Source: an uncultured Gammaproteobacteria bacterium (GTDB lineage Bacteria; Patescibacteriota; Microgenomatia; Levybacterales; UBA12049). Taken from it: a stretch of 24,495 nt of DNA. Shown in pieces: positions 23,171 through 24,495 of this stretch. A program made the translations under genes and the position numbers. How positions within the stretch are numbered: the stretch's first letter is position 1; every line of letters begins with the position of its first letter. Below the pieces are notes generated by a model, which was not told the origin of the DNA, did not search any database, and was given only the letters and a program-made list of their open reading frames with translations. The DNA lies in assembly GCA_964590985.1 (NCBI GenBank), contig CAZPZA010000001.1, positions 1-24,495 of the forward strand, given 5' to 3'.

Positions 23171-23199
23171 AGTTTATAGATCTTATTATTTTTTGTCAA
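23171..23199 (-). promoter_or_regulatory. Promoter of the AsnRS-like-MGS gene
   Basis: TTGACA (23199-23194)-17-TAAACT (23176-23171); ATG 14 nt downstream. Confidence 0.7.
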
Positions 23200-23285
23200 T
23201 AGTCAATTCTTGTTCGAAGAGTTACATGGGAGGTGGACTAGATAGGACACCGCCTTAGAGATTTTGTACAAGGGGATGAACTATG

Positions 23286-23321
23286 CCGATATGGGATCGG
23301 AATAGCTATGCCGAAGCGGTA
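23286..23321 (-). repeat. REP-like family A diverged copy overlapping the pyrC stop codon
   Basis: Minus strand TACCGCTTCGGCATAGCTATTCCGATCCCATATCGG aligns without gaps to 7980-8015. Confidence 0.75.
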
Positions 23322-24495
23322 ATAATTTTCCCAAATCCTTCTTTTGCGAGGATTTTTCCGTTTTCAAAGACTTTTTTTCCACGAATAAAAACTCTCACAA
23401 CTTTTCCTTTTACCTTCATTCCCTCAAATGGTGACCAACCACACTTCGTAAATAAGGATGAATTATGAATGATGAATGATGAATTAAGATCTACTTCGGT
23501 ATAGGTTTCCTTATCAACTTTAATTCCAAAAATTTTTGCAGGGTTTGTGTGGCAGAGACGAATGATATCACTAAGTGTTAATCTTTTCTCAGAAACTGCG
23601 GTTAGTAAAAGTGGAAGGGTTGTTTCAAAACCAGGAACTCCAAAAGGTGGAAGAATCTGCGGGTCCTGGCGGGCTTTACCCCCGTCCGACATCCTCAGTC
23701 GCTTTGCTCCCTGCGGTTGCTCGACGGGGTCCCCCGCGCCCGCCACCCGCATAGTTTTTCCCACTTTTTCCGCAATTGTATGGGGGGCGTGGTCGGATTC
23801 GACAACGTTAATATATTTTAAATTTTCCCACAAAAACTCTACATCTTTTTTACTTTGCAAAGGTGGTCTCATTTTTCCAAAAGGACCAAGGATTTTTGCA
23901 TCTTTTTCATTCAAAAATAAATGATGAGGAGTTACGCCACAGGTTATTGGAAGGCCTTGTTCTTTGGCATGTATGATCATTTTAAGTTCAAAAGCTTGAC
24001 TTATATGACAAAAATGAGTCGGTGTTTTTATTTTTTTAACTACATTTATTACATCTTCAATTTTCTTCCCTTCTGCATGTACAAGTATCGGTTTTACGTT
24101 TTTCGTCGAAAGTATACTACTATGTAGTGCTATACTTTGGAACGCGTTTAACCAAGCGGTAAATATACTCTCTAAGATGTTTTTCTGAACAATAAAGTTT
24201 CCAGTAGTTTGATTAAGATATAATTTAAGTCCCATTACTTTATCTTTTACTTTTCTGAATTCATCGAGATTGTCACCCATTGATCCAAAGTAAAATCCTA
24301 CGTCGCAGACAATTTTTTTCTTGGCAATTTTTATTTTTTCATTTAATAATTTTGAAGTTGTAACAGGGACTTTGTTGTTCGGCATGTCAAAGATTGTGGT
24401 AAAACCTCCGGCAAGCGCGGCGCAAGTTCCGGTATAAAAATCTTCTTTGTGAGTCTGCCCCGGATCGCGTAAATGAACATGAGGATCAATAAGGC
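23306..24495 (-). CDS. pyrC: Dihydroorotase (runs off the right edge)
   Basis: The frame is open beyond the ORF-track start: LIDPHVHLRDPG...AALAGGFTTIFDMPN; also VHAE, CHIS, CGVTPHHL, SDHAPH, FGVPGFET, CGWSPF. Confidence 0.93.
   Translation of the reverse strand, partial: LIDPHVHLRDPGQTHKEDFYTGTCAALAGGFTTIFDMPNNKVPVTTSKLLNEKIKIAKKKIVCDVGFYFGSMGDNLDEFRKVKDKVMGLKLYLNQTTGNFIVQKNILESIFTAWLNAFQSIALHSSILSTKNVKPILVHAEGKKIEDVINVVKKIKTPTHFCHISQAFELKMIIHAKEQGLPITCGVTPHHLFLNEKDAKILGPFGKMRPPLQSKKDVEFLWENLKYINVVESDHAPHTIAEKVGKTMRVAGAGDPVEQPQGAKRLRMSDGGKARQDPQILPPFGVPGFETTLPLLLTAVSEKRLTLSDIIRLCHTNPAKIFGIKVDKETYTEVDLNSSFIIHNSSLFTKCGWSPFEGMKVKGKVVRVFIRGKKVFENGKILAKEGFGKIITASA
23456..23483. repeat. Heptamer array (GGATGAA TTATGAA TGATGAA TGATGAA) inside pyrC
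   Basis: Encodes (NS)SFIIHNSS just before LFTKCGWSPF. Confidence 0.7.
23658..23751. repeat. 94-bp GC-rich palindromic element, in-frame in pyrC
   Basis: Nested arms TGCGGG/CCCGCA, TGGCGGGC/GCCCGCCA, CCCCGTC/GACGGGG; 68/94 G+C by hand count. Confidence 0.85.
24109..24139 (-). repeat. REP-like family B copy, in-frame in pyrC
   Basis: 30/31 identical to 1135-1165; encodes QSIALHSSIL. Confidence 0.9.

Noticed and set aside
37-24279. Numerous 60-200 aa ORFs overlapping real genes, mostly antisense (e.g. 37-261, 1134-1736, 13048-13314, 23547-23924)
   Set aside because: They are shadows of well-supported genes and show no motifs or independent initiation signals.

Overview
AT-rich bacterial chromosomal segment using genetic code 11. 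It is most consistent with a Patescibacteria (CPR, Microgenomates-like) genome; this is inferred from gene set and style, not from a search. Backbone genes: partial hisS, an M24B Xaa-Pro peptidase, dnaB, tRNA-Leu(CAA), a NIF3-like gene, an MFS transporter, an Lgt-like gene, an RluA-family synthase, yebC, a Xer-type recombinase, folP-folK and partial pyrC. Accessory genes: a DUF5678 gene with a protease remnant, a BECR-type toxin/DUF2283 pair, a free-standing LAGLIDADG endonuclease, an orphan OmpR-type wHTH and a PaaX/Cas2-like gene. Five features stand out. (1) Several families of palindromic REP-like elements occur, some in-frame inside conserved enzymes (pyrC, the peptidase, folP). One 31-bp element occurs both intergenically and inside pyrC. 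(2) Eight degenerate 7-8-bp tandem arrays with a shared 'AA every 7 nt' grammar and often inverted arms lie between genes and inside RluA, PyrC and a signal peptide. (3) An anticodon-domain-less AsnRS-like catalytic core is fused to a CarB-type MGS domain next to pyrC. (4) The PaaX/Cas2-like gene is bracketed by ~53-bp inverted repeats beside the Xer recombinase. (5) There are candidate structured RNAs and widespread leaderless-type promoters. No CRISPR array, rRNA or transposase was seen.
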